A stretch of DNA of 64,000 bases from Paraspadella gotoi (taxonomy: Eukaryota > Animalia > Chaetognatha). The stretch's first letter is position 1. The number at the start of each line of letters is the position of its first letter. Positions 24,143 to 37,578 of the stretch are shown one piece after another. The translations under genes and the position numbers were made by a program. The notes under the pieces are model-generated. The model was not told where the DNA came from, ran no database searches, and saw only the letters and a program-made list of their open reading frames with translations. The DNA lies in assembly GCA_051294375.1 (NCBI GenBank), contig CM119267.1, positions 2,635,230 through 2,699,229 on the forward strand. Direction: 5' to 3'.

Positions 24143-24808
24143 CACGCGATGTTTGACTGTATGTATGATGTTGTCAAGGCTGTAGTCAAGGTACAGGTAC
24201 AACTGGATGTTTTACATTTTTTATTAAAATTTTTTCGCGTTATGGTGATATAGTAAAAATTTTACTACTGTTGCGGGTTGCGGTCTCGGACGTAATATGA
24301 TCTACAAAAAAATATGGTTTGCATTTTTATGACTATACAATTGTTACCACCCCCCCTCTACTCTCTGAAATAAACAAACAATTACAACTTCGTTTGCGCT
24401 CAATTTTTATGAATTCCATTTTTTACTGTTAATTTCAATTTAATTTATGTTTTACTTTTAGCTGTTTTAATGTTTATATTGCAAAATATACAGGTTAATT
24501 TTTTTATCGCTACCTTACTTTATTCTCCTAACTTCATTATATCGCCACATCTTTGTCAGCTCAACGGTCACTGACCTGAAAGACACAAAAAAACAGGAAA
24601 TTAGTTTTTTTTTATTGTTTCGATGAAATTGGTGAGCTTAAAACCGCCACGTATCCAAGATAAGACTCGAAACCGAAGCTTTTGACGGGAAAAAAAAGGA
24701 AAATTGTAAAACTTTTAAAAAATCCGGGGAAAAAGGAACGAAGGAATATGGAATCGGAGCTTAAACCGAGTGAATAAGGTGGGTATTTGTCTTTAGATAA
24801 ACATTAGG

Positions 24809-25062
24809 TTATGGCAACAGCCGGGATGCCTGTGATGCCCATTGGGATGGGGGATCTCACTCATGGCTTTGGCGGCTTCCGACCCTCAGTGATGCCTCCA
24901 ATCACTGGCGCGGTTACCCTAGGACGGTCTCGCTTTGCCAACGCAGAGGGAAGTCGTTAGGACTGTGGATGGAACATTACGCCTGTGATGGTGTGTTCCC
25001 CTCTGAGCCAATGGATTTGGCTCTAGTATGGTAGACGTGAGGCGGTGTGAATATACCGCCAC
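24809..25062 (-). mobile_element. Family A repeat, copy 2
   Basis: Reverse complement of 13406-13640 with a ~20-nt internal insertion. Confidence 0.75.
24862..24942 (-). ncRNA. Twister ribozyme, type P5 (family A, copy 2)
   Basis: Same core as 13508-13588, with a compensatory P3 change (C-G to U-A), P1 TCCTAGGG, one P4 mismatch and a shortened P5. Confidence 0.7.
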
Positions 25063-25073
25063 AAGGTAGAATA

Positions 25074-25422
25074 TATGAAATTTGTTCAACCAATATAAAT
25101 TATCCATTCATTTAATAAATAAGCTATCTTGCCCCTGACTTTGGACAGGCTTTGGTGGTTTAAGGCCTCCATCACTCTTACAAGATAATGACATAGCAGA
25201 TCCCTGCAAGCTTTCAATCAAGACTCTCTCACAGTCTCGTTTATTCACTCCCAGAGTACCTGGCTTCCCTATCAATGAAGTGGTATAATGTTTCAAAGAA
25301 AGTTTAAATTGTATGAAAAGACCACTCCCTTAAGTATTAAATCGGGGAATACTATATTGTACTCCGCCCAGCATCAAAATAGAAGGAGCTGACTTTTATG
25401 AAATTGGTACAACCAATATAAA
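25074..25422 (-). mobile_element. Family B retrozyme-like repeat: full 323-nt unit plus ~25-nt terminal redundancy
   Basis: TATGAAATTtGTtCAACCAATATAAA at 25074 recurs at 25397. Other copies at ~16415-16480, ~17681-17965, ~28515-28562, ~32681-32760 and ~51735-51900. Confidence 0.7.
25124..25188 (-). ncRNA. Twister ribozyme, type P5 (repeat family B)
   Basis: Minus strand reads TTATCTTG TAAGAGT GA TGG AGGCCT TAA ACC AC CAAAG CCTG TCCA AA GT CAGG GG CAAGATAG. P5, T1 (CCA/TGG), T2 (AC/GT) and P4 all pair; P2 pairing is weak. Confidence 0.68.
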
Positions 25423-25572
25423 AATAGAAAATAGAATATAGAAATACAATAGATATAAGAGTATAAGAGTATAAGAGTATTATTTTTTTTTGCTATGGAC
25501 GTATCTCGACCGTCAATTAAACGATGGATATTTCTTGCATTAACAGATTTGAGTATTCGGGCTGTTTAAAGC

Positions 25573-27382
25573 ATGGCTTCGGACTTACAAGCCAGGCTCC
25601 GCAACAGCGAGACCAGCTTGCTGTTCATGCAACAGGAACACGCCAAGACGCTGGAAGGCCTGCACAACGAGATTCAGAAGCTTCAAGAAAAATGCGCAGG
25701 TAGCTCGTTATTTTTTTTAAATAGTCAAATAAATTTCAAATTTTAATATTTAATAATTTATTACAAATTATAATATTGAATAAGTTTTTCTTACGTAATA
25801 ATAAATAGGTTTATTTATTTAATCAATAGTTTATCTCCCTCGATTATTTAGACTTGACTTTTCGTCTGGCGATGGAGGAGACGTCTCGCTCGTCTTCCGA
25901 TGCAGACGTCCAGCGACACAACGACGAGTTGCAGTCTCTTCTGCGGCAAAGGGATGATCGATTGCTGCAACTCGAAGACGCGTTGCGAGAGCGTGACGGT
26001 CGACTGCAGGCGGTCGTGCGGCATCTGGAACGAGAGAGGGAGACGCGGGCTCGCGAGTCAGCCTCCTTCTTGGAGCGGGAGCGCACACTGAAGGCAGAGT
26101 TGGAAGCGCGCGCCGGGAGAGTCGCTTTTCTCACCGCTGAGATGCACAAGTTTAAGGTGAGGTCGTCATTTGCGCAACTTGAATTCATGTCATTTAGAAA
26201 GTTTTGAAAATCAATATGCAACTTTATATGCTATTATTGTAAAAAGTTACTCAAACTAAAGGCGTCTTATTTTATTTCAAGTATGGTACAAATTGTACTA
26301 CAATATCGATAAAAATGATATTACCTCAATTATCAACTTCCTCTCCGTGGAATTCTTAGGTCAACAGAGGCAGCAGCGGCAGCGGAGGGAGCGGCGGCGC
26401 TGATGCCGCTTTAATCACCGTCCAGCCGGACGGCGCCGTTGAAACGAAATTCAAGAGAGCGCCGCCAGTTAGAGCGTCGACGAGGGATTCGGCGCGCGTC
26501 AACAATGACGCCCCAAGGTCAATGCGCCATCTACGTCCGCTCTCCTCGTCATCCCCGGCACCGAGAACGCCACGACGACAGGTGGCGCCTTTTTCAAGCG
26601 AATCGAGCTTCCAGCATCCGAGCGGCGTCGATGAGACATCGAGCAAACGCGTCGTCGCTGCAGGAGGGCGCCGTTTTCGTCAAATAGCGCCGGACGAGGC
26701 GTCGCGATGCGCCGAGGAAGGCGACGATGCTGGCGGCGTCGGTGGGCGCGGCGCCATGAGTCTTCGTCCGACGCCTCCAGTGTTGCCTCCCATATTTGGA
26801 CCTACTGGTCGACAAGGGGGTGGAAGCGGCGGCGGGTGCGGCGGCGGGGGCAGCGGCGGCGGCAATAGGCTTAACACTAACAACAACAACAACAACGTAT
26901 TGCTGGGCGCCGAGGAGGAAAATTCTCGTAAAAGCGGCGTCATTTACGAAGACGTTAGCATCATCGATCTCGGCGGCGTCTCTGGCGGCGCCTTTGGCGG
27001 CGTCAAATCGAGCGATTCCGACGCCGTCTCGATCGGAGCCGAGGACGACTCCAACGACGCCGACGCAGAGACGACGCCGGGTGAGAGTTCCACGGGAATG
27101 GCGTTGGCGAGCTCTCATCTCGGCGGGCTCTTGGGTGGGCTCGGTGACGCCGGAGCGAATCTCGAAGGTCCCGTCCTCGTGAGAAAGGCGAGAGTGAGAA
27201 CCGTGAATAGAAAGGATCTGGCGCGACATCACCAAGCGGCCGCGGCGTCGTCACAGGGCGGGGCGCGGTCCAACGACGCCGGCGACCTCACGCTGGACGT
27301 CCTCGCAATCGACGCCGCCGATCGTGGCATCGCCAAGTGGTCGAGAAGAGAGAACGTGCCCAACAATCCCACGACGCCGTGA
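25573..27382 (+). CDS. CCDC92: Coiled-coil domain-containing protein 92-like
   Basis: Exons 25573-25699, 25852-26156 and 26360-27382 splice in frame. The N-terminus LLFMQQEHAKTLEGLHNEIQKLQEKCADLTFRL matches the CCDC92 N-terminal coiled coil; VLPPI and LAID motifs follow later. Confidence 0.85.
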
Positions 27383-27599
27383 CCGTGATGAGCGAGAGAT
27401 AGAGAGGGAGTGCTCGACGGGCCCAAATTCGATCGCTTTTGAACCCTGTCTTGCATCGCAGATGGAAACAGAAAAACAAATGAAAAGAAAAGTGGAAAAA
27501 GAACGAATTAAAATTCCCATGTTACGACTCTGGACGGTGACAAAATATCCTGACCTCAAAAAAAAACAAAAAACTTACACTCACTAGCGTACCTCTCTC

Positions 27600-27654
<55 letters not shown>

Positions 27655-29127
27655 CTCTCCCTCTCTCGCAATTTCTTCTAGTAGTCAAATTTATTTAATT
27701 TTTATTTTCTCGCATAATATTTTTTTTTAAATCTGCCAACGTCCATTAACTACTCTTTTTTATGCTTGGTGTCCGCGTCATCGATATGTTTAACCTCTCA
27801 AGCTCTGTTCGCTTCTTTTAAAGCTTGGTGTGCGACAAGCGATGTCAGCGAGTGGTCCGCTGGTCACTCAGAAAGGTGATCGATTAAATCTTTTAAAAAA
27901 TGAAAGTAGTAATGGATTTTTCACGCGAATGACCTCAACTGAGAAAAGTAACGAAGGCTTTTTTTTTCTATTATTAATCATATAATTCTTTTTTTTATAT
28001 TAATCTTCTTTTTTTTTATTCGTCGGATTGTTGTACCTCACAATTATAGAACCCACGACGCATCTCTTTTAGGCATTTTAAATTATTTAAACGAGGAAGA
28101 AGAAAAAATCTCCTTAAATTTCATTGTTTTTTTTTTATTATTTTGATAAAATTAATTATTGGCGGTAATACTAACCAAGAGATTGTTAAAGCTCATAACT
28201 ATTTCTTTAAAAAAAATCCAATGTCGTGCTGTAAGGTTTTATGCTTTAGACAATGCCAAATTTGTTATTTCATTAACTCGTTTCCAATCAATAAAAGCAA
28301 ATGGCTAATTACGTTCTTTTTTTTTTTACTTTAAAAAACCTGTGTTAGACTACATTTCTTTCAACATTTATATTTTTAAACATATTTAAACAGATCCAGA
28401 GGCACTTGGTCAATCTTTATTTGCTTTAAGTTTAAGATAGTTAGGCATGTTAAATTAATTTTAAAACAAGAACCGCCAAGCTCAAGAGTGTTGCGTGGCA
28501 GTGACTTTTTTGTACCTCTTGTAAGAGGGATAGAGGCCTTAATCAACCACAGCCAGTCCAATCGCTTTCTCGAAACAAGCGAAAGAGGGCAGCACAAATT
28601 GTTGAACATCTTACGATATTAATTTTTCAGACAAAAGGCAACGGGATATGCCTTGATGTGATTATTTGTAATGACTTATGAGGAACATGGTCCTCGGACT
28701 CGTCCTTACAAAATATTATAATACCCTTCAGAAAAAATAGCCTCTAAAATAATGCCCCTAATAGGTGTTTTTAAATATATTTCACTAAAACGTCAAAAAA
28801 CGGATCAGGAGCAACATTAAAAATGTTGTTCTCTAACTTGATTGCTAATTGGTTGAGGCGATTCCATCAGCGACGAATCATCATCATCGAAGCTCGCCAA
28901 TTTCATTCCTTCGGAAATTCCTCGATCCATTTATCCGGTTTGGTTCCATGCGAATATCCCAGTTGTAGAGGGCTTAAAATGATAAAGAAAAAAAAATTAA
29001 AGTAAACATATGCACCTATTCATGTCAATTAAAATCCTTAAAATCAAGATCACCAACTTTTAACTAATTTTTATTTCTTCAGTGTCGCTGTGACTCCGTG
29101 ACTCCGACTTTCAGGATATCATTGCCG

Positions 29128-29165
<38 letters not shown>

Positions 29166-30427
29166 TATTAATGAAAAAAAAATGCGCGCGCAATTCTTGA
29201 CACGTGCGAGTGACACGTGCGAGTGACACGTGCGACGCCGATGGAAGATTTCCCTCTCGATATCCGACGGAGATGACGTCGGAGAACGATGAACAAATAA
29301 TGAGGAATAAATGAGGATTAAATGGAGAATAAATGAGGATTAAATGGAGAATTCTCAATGACTAACATTTTTAAAATGACTTAAGACTGAGTCTGAATGA
29401 CAAAGATTTGATGTCTAAGACTAAATGACAAATTAATGAGTCCTAATTAAGTTAACCATGTTACAAAGGTAAGACTTCATGACGAGGGCTAAATTGCAAT
29501 AATTTTGATCACTAAGTCAATCAGCTACTGCAGCATCATGAACTCATGCTGTTGCAAAACCTTTAATTTACATAAAACATAAAACCTTTCTTGGGTTTTC
29601 GGTCATTTGGTCAATTTGACTTTTGACTTGCACACACTCTCTCTCTCTTTCTCTCAAACGTTAACTTTTCTTTTATTTTTTTATTACCTTTTCTTGTTTT
29701 GTCTCTTTTAGCCACTAATGTAATGATGACTTAGAAAATAAGTCGAAATACATTTTTTTGTTTCTTTATTCACTGATACTCCATAGTGAAAATGAGTATT
29801 TAATTAAGCATTCTACTAGTGCATGTGATGACATTAAAGCAATCAATGGTTTAACTTTTCTTGCTTCCAGATAGAAATTTCTGGTACTGCTTAGCTTGAC
29901 GAATCTTTGTCTTCATGTTCTGGCGTTGATGGAATTTCGTCCTTTCAGCGATCCTTACCTTCTTGGTAGTCTGGGATTCATGAAAAGCGGTCTAGATTAG
30001 GAGAGAATCGTAAAAAGAATCTAATTAATCGAAATGTTACGTCGTTCGTTGCGAAATAATGAAACATGGAATTTGAGCAATACGCCGCGACTCAAATTTC
30101 AACGGGCTTTGATGGATTGATAAATAAAAGTATAATTTATAAATAAGTATAGTTATTTATTAACTTGATACATATATATAATAATAATATAATAAGTAAT
30201 ATTTAATTATATAATAAATTTATAACTTTATTATGATTATTAAACTTTAAAATCTTAACCATTTAATAATCTTTAGAGCACCTATATTTATAATGATAAA
30301 AAATTTTAAGTAAAACAAAATTTTGTTCTGAAATATCGTCGGAACACGGAACCGATTATGCGGATCTGTTTCACCGTCGTTGAAATCTGATCTCCTTCTT
30401 AGAAAAAAACTGAAAAGATCGAAAGTG

Positions 30428-30507
30428 GAAGAAGAAGAAGAAGAAGAAGAAGAAGAAGAAGAAGAAGAAGAAGAAGAAGAAGAAGAAGAAGAAGAAGAAG
30501 AAGAAGA
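30428..30507. repeat. (GAA)n microsatellite
   Basis: Uninterrupted GAA run. Confidence 0.95.
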
Positions 30508-31137
30508 GGGAAACTGGAAAAATAAAGGGAAACTGGAAATTTAAAAAATTTCGAGCCGGAAAGTTTAATGTGTCGCGCCGCAGTGCATACTTTTCCAGAT
30601 GATCACATTATGATATGAATAAAATAAAATATTAAAACCAGCATCATATTTAAGATATTCAATTAAAAAATTTAAAACTTTTTATATCAAAACTATCACC
30701 AATATTTTTAAAAATTAAAAAAGAATTTTGTATTCTTCTTTTATAATTTTTTTTATATATTAAGTAAAATGCTTGATAAGATATAAATATATAATATATA
30801 TTATTTTGAACTGTTTTTTTTAACATATAATTGCTTTTTCCGGTAGTCAGGTACAGGTATAAAACTTCTGCGCCTTATGTATATGATTACCNNNNNNNNN
30901 NAATACAACGATGATTACAAAATCACTATATAAAATATAAGTATAACAGACAAACAGACGGACCGACCGACCGAAAAGCGACTCATAGAGTTTCTCCGCG
31001 AGTTTCGTAACTCAAAACCAAATCGAAGCGAAAATTGGAATCGAATTTCATTTGACGGAGAAAAAAAAGTCCTGGCAAAATCCAATCTGTTGGGCGGGTT
31101 GAGAGGTGGCCACGGAAAATATTACCCGATTTTCTAA

Positions 31138-31200
<63 letters not shown>

Positions 31201-31516
31201 GTCTTATGTGACGTGACAGACAGAGATGGAGTCGATTGGATTTTTGCAGTTGGAGAATCGAGAGATTGAGAGATGGAGAGATGGAGAGAGAGACAAAGAA
31301 AAAGTTGTTAATCGCTCGTTATTCCTTTGTTAGTGACGCCGGTAACAAGATTCCTGTCAAAATTGTAGTTTGCGATATTTATCAGACGACAATATTAAAT
31401 TGAACTTCTTTTGTAGAAATAAGAATGAAGAATTAAATTAGAAAAGATGCACTGTACGATTTCCAGTTCAAAGAACTTTCAAGAAATAACAGAATATAAT
31501 ATCAAGAAATAATCAA

Positions 31517-31517
31517 A

Positions 31518-31611
<94 letters not shown>

Positions 31612-31638
31612 GTAATAATAATAATAATAATAATAATT
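31517..31638. repeat. (AAT)n microsatellite
   Basis: Near-perfect AAT run. Confidence 0.95.
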
Positions 31639-32487
31639 CAAAATATTTAAGAGGCTCATTCTCGCTTGACTTTCGTTTTTAACTTTTGATGTTAATGATA
31701 ATTTGTAATATATCTTTTTCGCTGACATCCAATTCTCGAGCCACCTCACTTACTTTTCCTTACCCTCTCCTTTCTCTTTTCATCCTTTCCCACCAGCAAC
31801 ACAGAATTCTTTTTTTTCCTCTTTGATCCGTTGATAAGAAAAGAAGATCAAACATATTTGTCGTCGGATATTCATCACCGTCGTCGTCGTGGTCGTCGTC
31901 GTCGTCATATTCTGCTGCAAATAAGAGGCTTACGTCAGCGCGGAAAGCTTCGTCGTCGTCGTCGTCGTCGCCATCGTCGTCGTCGTCGTGAGATATCGTT
32001 TTACCTCAATTCAATTCAACCGTCAGATTCGTCGCGAAATCGTGAGCGTCGCTTTCGAACGTCATCGCGTAATAATCCTCGTCGTCGTCTTCATCGTCGT
32101 CCGAACGGCAGGTGGCGCAAAGGCACGCGCGTCGCGTCGTTCGCTGTCGTCGTCGTCGTCGTCGTCCTTTTCCTCTTCATTGACAACTTCGTCGTGATAT
32201 TCATCTTTTTCTATTCGATTCTCTTTATCGTCGTTGTCATCGTCGTCGTCGTTGTCATCATCGTTGTCCGCGTCGCCGACTTAGTCGGTTGTCATTATGA
32301 TCATTGTCTTATTTAAGTTGGTCTCTGAATTCGTCTCTGTCGTCGTCGTCGCTTTCGTCGTTACCTTCGTCGTCGTCGTCATCGTCATAATCGTCTCGAT
32401 CTCCAGCGGCGATCGAAGATTCTTACGCCGACGAAACTTGAGGATCGCGACGACGACGTCGACGCGCGTGGGAACGCGAGAGGCGCT

Positions 32488-32545
<58 letters not shown>
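32488..32545. repeat. (GGC)n microsatellite
   Basis: Perfect GCG/GGC run. Confidence 0.95.
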
Positions 32546-32546
<1 letters not shown>

Positions 32547-32998
32547 CTCATTTGGCGGTGAAAGCCGTAAACAGTTTTATCCTTCAGATGAACGTGAATG
32601 AGAATGATTTTCAGTTGCTTGACAGACAATGGAACCTCATGAGTTGGTTTGCTTGGTACTTGATTTTAAAAATTAAATAGCTTGTCCAAAGTCAGGGGCT
32701 AGATGGCTGATATAATGATTATTGAATGAAAGGAAAATTTTTATATTGGCTGTGCAATGTACCAAGACCCACTTCTGAAACGTATATATTGAACTTTAAA
32801 CAAACTAATGCGTACAACTTTCGTATTTCGCCTTTTCTTTTACTCAATTCCATTTTAAATTCGCTCCTTCCGTTTTTTTCTCTCTTTTTTTTTTTCTCCT
32901 CAATTTTTCTTTGCGTGTGGCACCCCTGTGGATCGAGGAAAGAAAGTTAACAAGAGAGAGAGAGAGAGAGAGAGAGACGAGAAGAGAGAGAGAGAAAG

Positions 32999-33030
<32 letters not shown>

Positions 33031-33715
33031 AAGTTAAATTTTGAAAGAAAGTAAATTTGTTGCTAAGAAAAAAAAAAGCTTTTAGGGTTTCGTAGACGCC
33101 TCCCTGCCTCCAGGTTCCAACGCTATATTTCAGGCGCTGGCGCCAGGCGCGAGTATCAGGCGCGGGTTTCAGGAGCAGGCGCAGACTGCGGTCACAGATC
33201 TGGTTAATCGCGTCCGTTCTCAGTCAACGAATCTCGATTGAATCATTCAAAAAGAAATTTTTCTTTTGAGTTGAGTTCCTAGTTTTTATTTTTAGACGGA
33301 ATTCAGAGTTAAGGTCGAAGGGGAACAACAACGACGACAACAACAACAACGACGACGACAACTCACGAATTTTTGTGACGAAGAAAAGCGAAAATGGATT
33401 CGGGGTCTAATTGCAACTTGATTTATGAGCCTCGAAAAAAAAAGGAAAAACTAGGGAAGCAAAAACTCTCCATTCGTCGAGAAAAAGAAGTAATGAGACC
33501 GAAAGACCTTTTTTTATCATTATTGTTAAAAGTAAAAGAATATGTAATAAATTTGGAAAATTTCAGGAAAAAATTTAATTACCCGATCAGCAGTGAAAAT
33601 ATTAAAATATTATAAAATAAAAGTTTTGCATATATAATTATTAATTAACTCTCTACACCTCGACACGTCCTTGTTCAGACTTAAGTGTCACCGAGTGGTC
33701 TCTGGGTCCAGAGAA

Positions 33716-33746
<31 letters not shown>

Positions 33747-33852
33747 AACCGACTCAAAACTAAAAGGGTCATCTTAAACGAGGACATCTGGTGGCCGAAT
33801 ATTGTCCCTCATTTTTCATGGCATACAATCATTTCGAGTAAAACAGAAGTCC

Positions 33853-33912
<60 letters not shown>

Positions 33913-34830
33913 AGTCCAAAGAATTGATTGGAATCCTGATGAAAAGATTTTCAAATCTTTTCTCGAGGCAGAAAAGTGACCGGTCGGTCGGTCAGTATGT
34001 CTGTGCGTGGGTCTTTCCCACTTATGTTTTTATTTTAAAGGCTTATAACTCGTCTAATACTTTAACAATTCAGTTCATAATCGATAAGGAGGTAAAGTAT
34101 CATGAGACTTTCCATGTGCATTTCGCAGTAGTGACTGGCCGATAGATTTTCGAGGATTGTAAAGAGATATCAAAATCGTTATTCTTAAAGCCAATCTGAT
34201 TGGGAAACCAAGTTGGTCGGTCAGTCGGTCGGTTTGTCTGTCCGTCGGTCTGTCACTCTTACGTTAAAAACTCTAACCTCAAACACTAGTCCCTAACGCT
34301 AACATTAATCACTAACCAAGTCCCTATCCAATATCCATAACCTGTAACCTCATCTTTAACTAAAAATAAAAAAACTAACGTCGTTCCGAATTCAAGATAA
34401 AATGGGTCGTTCTGGGAAAATAAGGCCCCCTTTTTTTCAATATCCGAGTTCTGAATCGAATTCCTCGACCTCTCATGTTCCCCCGCAGATGATTTGAAGA
34501 AAGGGTGCTCTGAAAAATACGGAGAGAAACCGATTCATTTTTTCGACCACCCTTTACTCTTCGCCGTCTGGAACTCTCTTCCTCACTTTGTGCCTTCCTC
34601 CCCTTCCTCCCTTGTTTCTCCTTCCTCCTCCTCCTCATTCTTCTCCTCCTTCCTCCTTCCTCCTCATTCTTCTCCTTCTTCCTCCTTCCTCCTCCTCCTC
34701 TTCCTTTGCGTGGTGGCGAGGCATTTTTCCTTTCCTCCCTCCGCGGGTGAGGAGCAGATTAAAGGTAAGTTAATCCGGCGCCGAGGAAAATGGCCGCAGA
34801 GGAGAATGGCGTCGCCCAAAACGGTCCCAA

Positions 34831-34938
<108 letters not shown>

Positions 34939-37578
34939 ATTTATAAAGGCCCCCGAACTTATTCCGAGTCCAACTCTTTCCATTTCTTCTTCTCGTAAAT
35001 CTCAGATTTTTTTGTTCGAAAGTCGAAACGATTCTAGGTTTTCGTTACGAATTTGGTTTGAAATCGCGACTGTTCTTTATTTCCTCATTGTAATACCGGA
35101 TTTTTGACTTCATAAGTAACCTTAATCGTTTGCCGAATCTCTAAACCCCATTTTAAATATTTAACCGAATCACTCAATCCTGATCATATCCCATCGCTCG
35201 ATATTAAAATATATCGTCAAGTTAGAAAATTACGGATGTGGAAATTTAAACTCTTAATNNNNNNNNNNTTTACTGTTTTTTATTCTGTTAATCTTTGAAA
35301 TTTTTACGGTTGAGGTAAGGGCATCAACTGGATAGGATTTAATGGAATTTCGCTTTTTGGAATTTCCAGCGCCGAAAAAAAAAATGTGATGACTCGATGG
35401 TTATATCACGACGCCCGGGGGAAAAGTCCTGGTTTAGTCAACGGCGCCTCCCGTCCTATTTACTCGTCGATATAACGACGCCGGGAAAATATTCAGAGTT
35501 GGTCTGATTTATAGAGCGGACCAGTGGCATTGTTGCCATACCGAGTGGCAATTGGCGATTGGCCAGTGTCGATTAGCAATAGTGAAAATTTAACGCATTA
35601 TTACCCAAGTCTAGGTTTTTGCAATAGCGAGTATTATTTGCGAGTGAAAACAGCGAGTGGCAACTGTGAGTTTTTGTGAATCGCTTTAGCTTTTCGTTTG
35701 CTACTTTAATATCCAATCTGATATTTATTACTTAATTTAAAATCTTTTTGAAATTATGCTTTACATTATTTTATAGACCTTACCTTTTTGTCTGTTTGTC
35801 TCATCTTTTTTCCGTGCTAATTTCTTATTTTAAAGATTGAAAAGGTTTACAATGACTTATAAATAACTTTTTATACGGGCGACTCACAGAATTTTGAAGA
35901 ATTCCCTCGCTTAGCTTATTTAGTTGATTTAAAACAAATTCAAACAAATCTTAAACATTCTGCCCCTTCCCCCGCCTGACTCCACTGCCGCCCGCCCTCG
36001 CATTTCACTTGTCTCTACCCCTTACTCTCCTCATCTAGCCGAAGGTCGGAATTACGTAGATTTCCCTCCTGAGCCTGGTTCGTCCGCGAAATTTTCTGCA
36101 CAGCAAACAGCGTCATCAATCACGTCGGTCCCTATGTCGTTCCACGTTCGTCGTCGTCGTCGTCGTCGTTCGTTCTTGTAATTCGGGTTTCAACAACAAT
36201 CAGTCAGTCATGACGATAACTTGCGGACTAGCGGGTGACCAAGAAAACAAAAAATAGACGATTGAAAGTTGGTAGAGATTATGAGGAGATAATTTAAGGT
36301 TTTAGGCGCGGAAGAGAGAGAGATAACCGAGCCAGGAGACGTCGACGAGAGATCAACCGAGATCAGAGAGAGAGAGAGAGAGAGGAAGCGAGAGATGAGA
36401 GAGGAGATGTGAGAGAAGATGAGTAGGAAGAATGGTTAAAAAATTTTTGACTTATGGATCAAGCAAAGTCGATTAGGATTGCACAACGACTTCAAAAGTA
36501 AAGGGGCGAAGAAGTTGTCGAGAGAGGAGAAGTGAGAGAAGAGAGAGAGAGAGAGGAGAGAGAGACCGAGAGAGAGGAGAGAGACAGAAGACGACAGGAG
36601 AGAACGAGAGCNNNNNNNNNNNNNNNNNNNNNNNNNNNNNNNNNNNNNNNNNNNNNNNNNNNNNNNNNNNNNNNNNNNNNNNNNNNNNNNNNNNNNNNNN
36701 NNNNNNNNNNNNNNNNNNNNNNNNNNNNNNNNNNNNNNNNNNNNNNNNNNNNNNNNNNNNNNNNNNNNNNNNNNNNNNNNNNNNNNNNNNNNNNNNNNNN
36801 NNNNNNNNNNNNNNNNNNNNNNNNNNNNNNNNNNNNNNNNNNNNNNNNNNNNNNNNNNNNNNNNNNNNNNNNNNNNNNNNNNNNNNNNNNNNNNNNNNNN
36901 NNNNNNNNNNNNNNNNNNNNNNNNNNNNNNNNNNNNNNNNNNNNNNNNNNNNNNNNNNNNNNNNNNNNNNNNNNNNNNNNNNNNNNNNNNNNNNNNNNNN
37001 NNNNNNNNNNNNNNNNNNNNNNNNNNNNNNNNNNNNNNNNNNNNNNNNNNNNNNNNNNNNNNNNNNNNNNNNNNNNNNNNNNNNNNNNAGAGAGAGAGAG
37101 AGAGACAAATGGCGCAAGATTTTCTTCGCTTGAAAAATCGGTCTCTCTCGGCCCCTTAGCCTTAGTTCCACTCTGGGATCGAAAACAATCCAAGTAAAAA
37201 GGGGAGAGAAAATGGCTCGGAAACAGATAGAGACAGAGAGGAACGGACGGACGGACGGACGGAGCGAAAGACACGAAAAGGGAATCAATCGATTGATTAT
37301 TTTTGGCTAAAAAAATGACGAAAGTTTATATCTTTGCCTTTGAATCTTGGAGTTTTTAATTTGACGAAGATATTTGCATTTGAACAAGTTTCTTTTTGGT
37401 TGATTTTGATTTTTTATTTATTGGTTTAATAAACTTTAAAGGGCTCTGTTTTCTGAGAGTGCCCCATTGTTGGTTTACCCTAGAATTTAATTTTTTGTTT
37501 AATATTTTACATTGAACAGGTAAACCTATTGTGGATAAAGCGCTAAGTGGGCTGAAGTTGACTATCCGCAACTTCTTT

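Noticed and set aside
8734-27382. CCDC92 near an axonemal dynein, echoing the vertebrate CCDC92-DNAH10 linkage
   Set aside because: The dynein motifs here (TSLFIKVTNQ, YIFGKF) are DNAH5/8-type rather than DNAH10-type, and two genes intervene; probably coincidence.
31831-32680. GC-rich GAC/GGC region with poly-Arg/Pro/Asp ORFs
   Set aside because: Stops occur in all minus frames and no domain is recognisable; at most a short terminal exon (32423-32581) plus UTR, which I cannot support.
36030-36185. Exon-like segment with an acceptor and open frame (AEGRNYVDFPPEPG..)
   Set aside because: It is a noisy reverse-complement copy of ~63780-63900, where the frame is not conserved.
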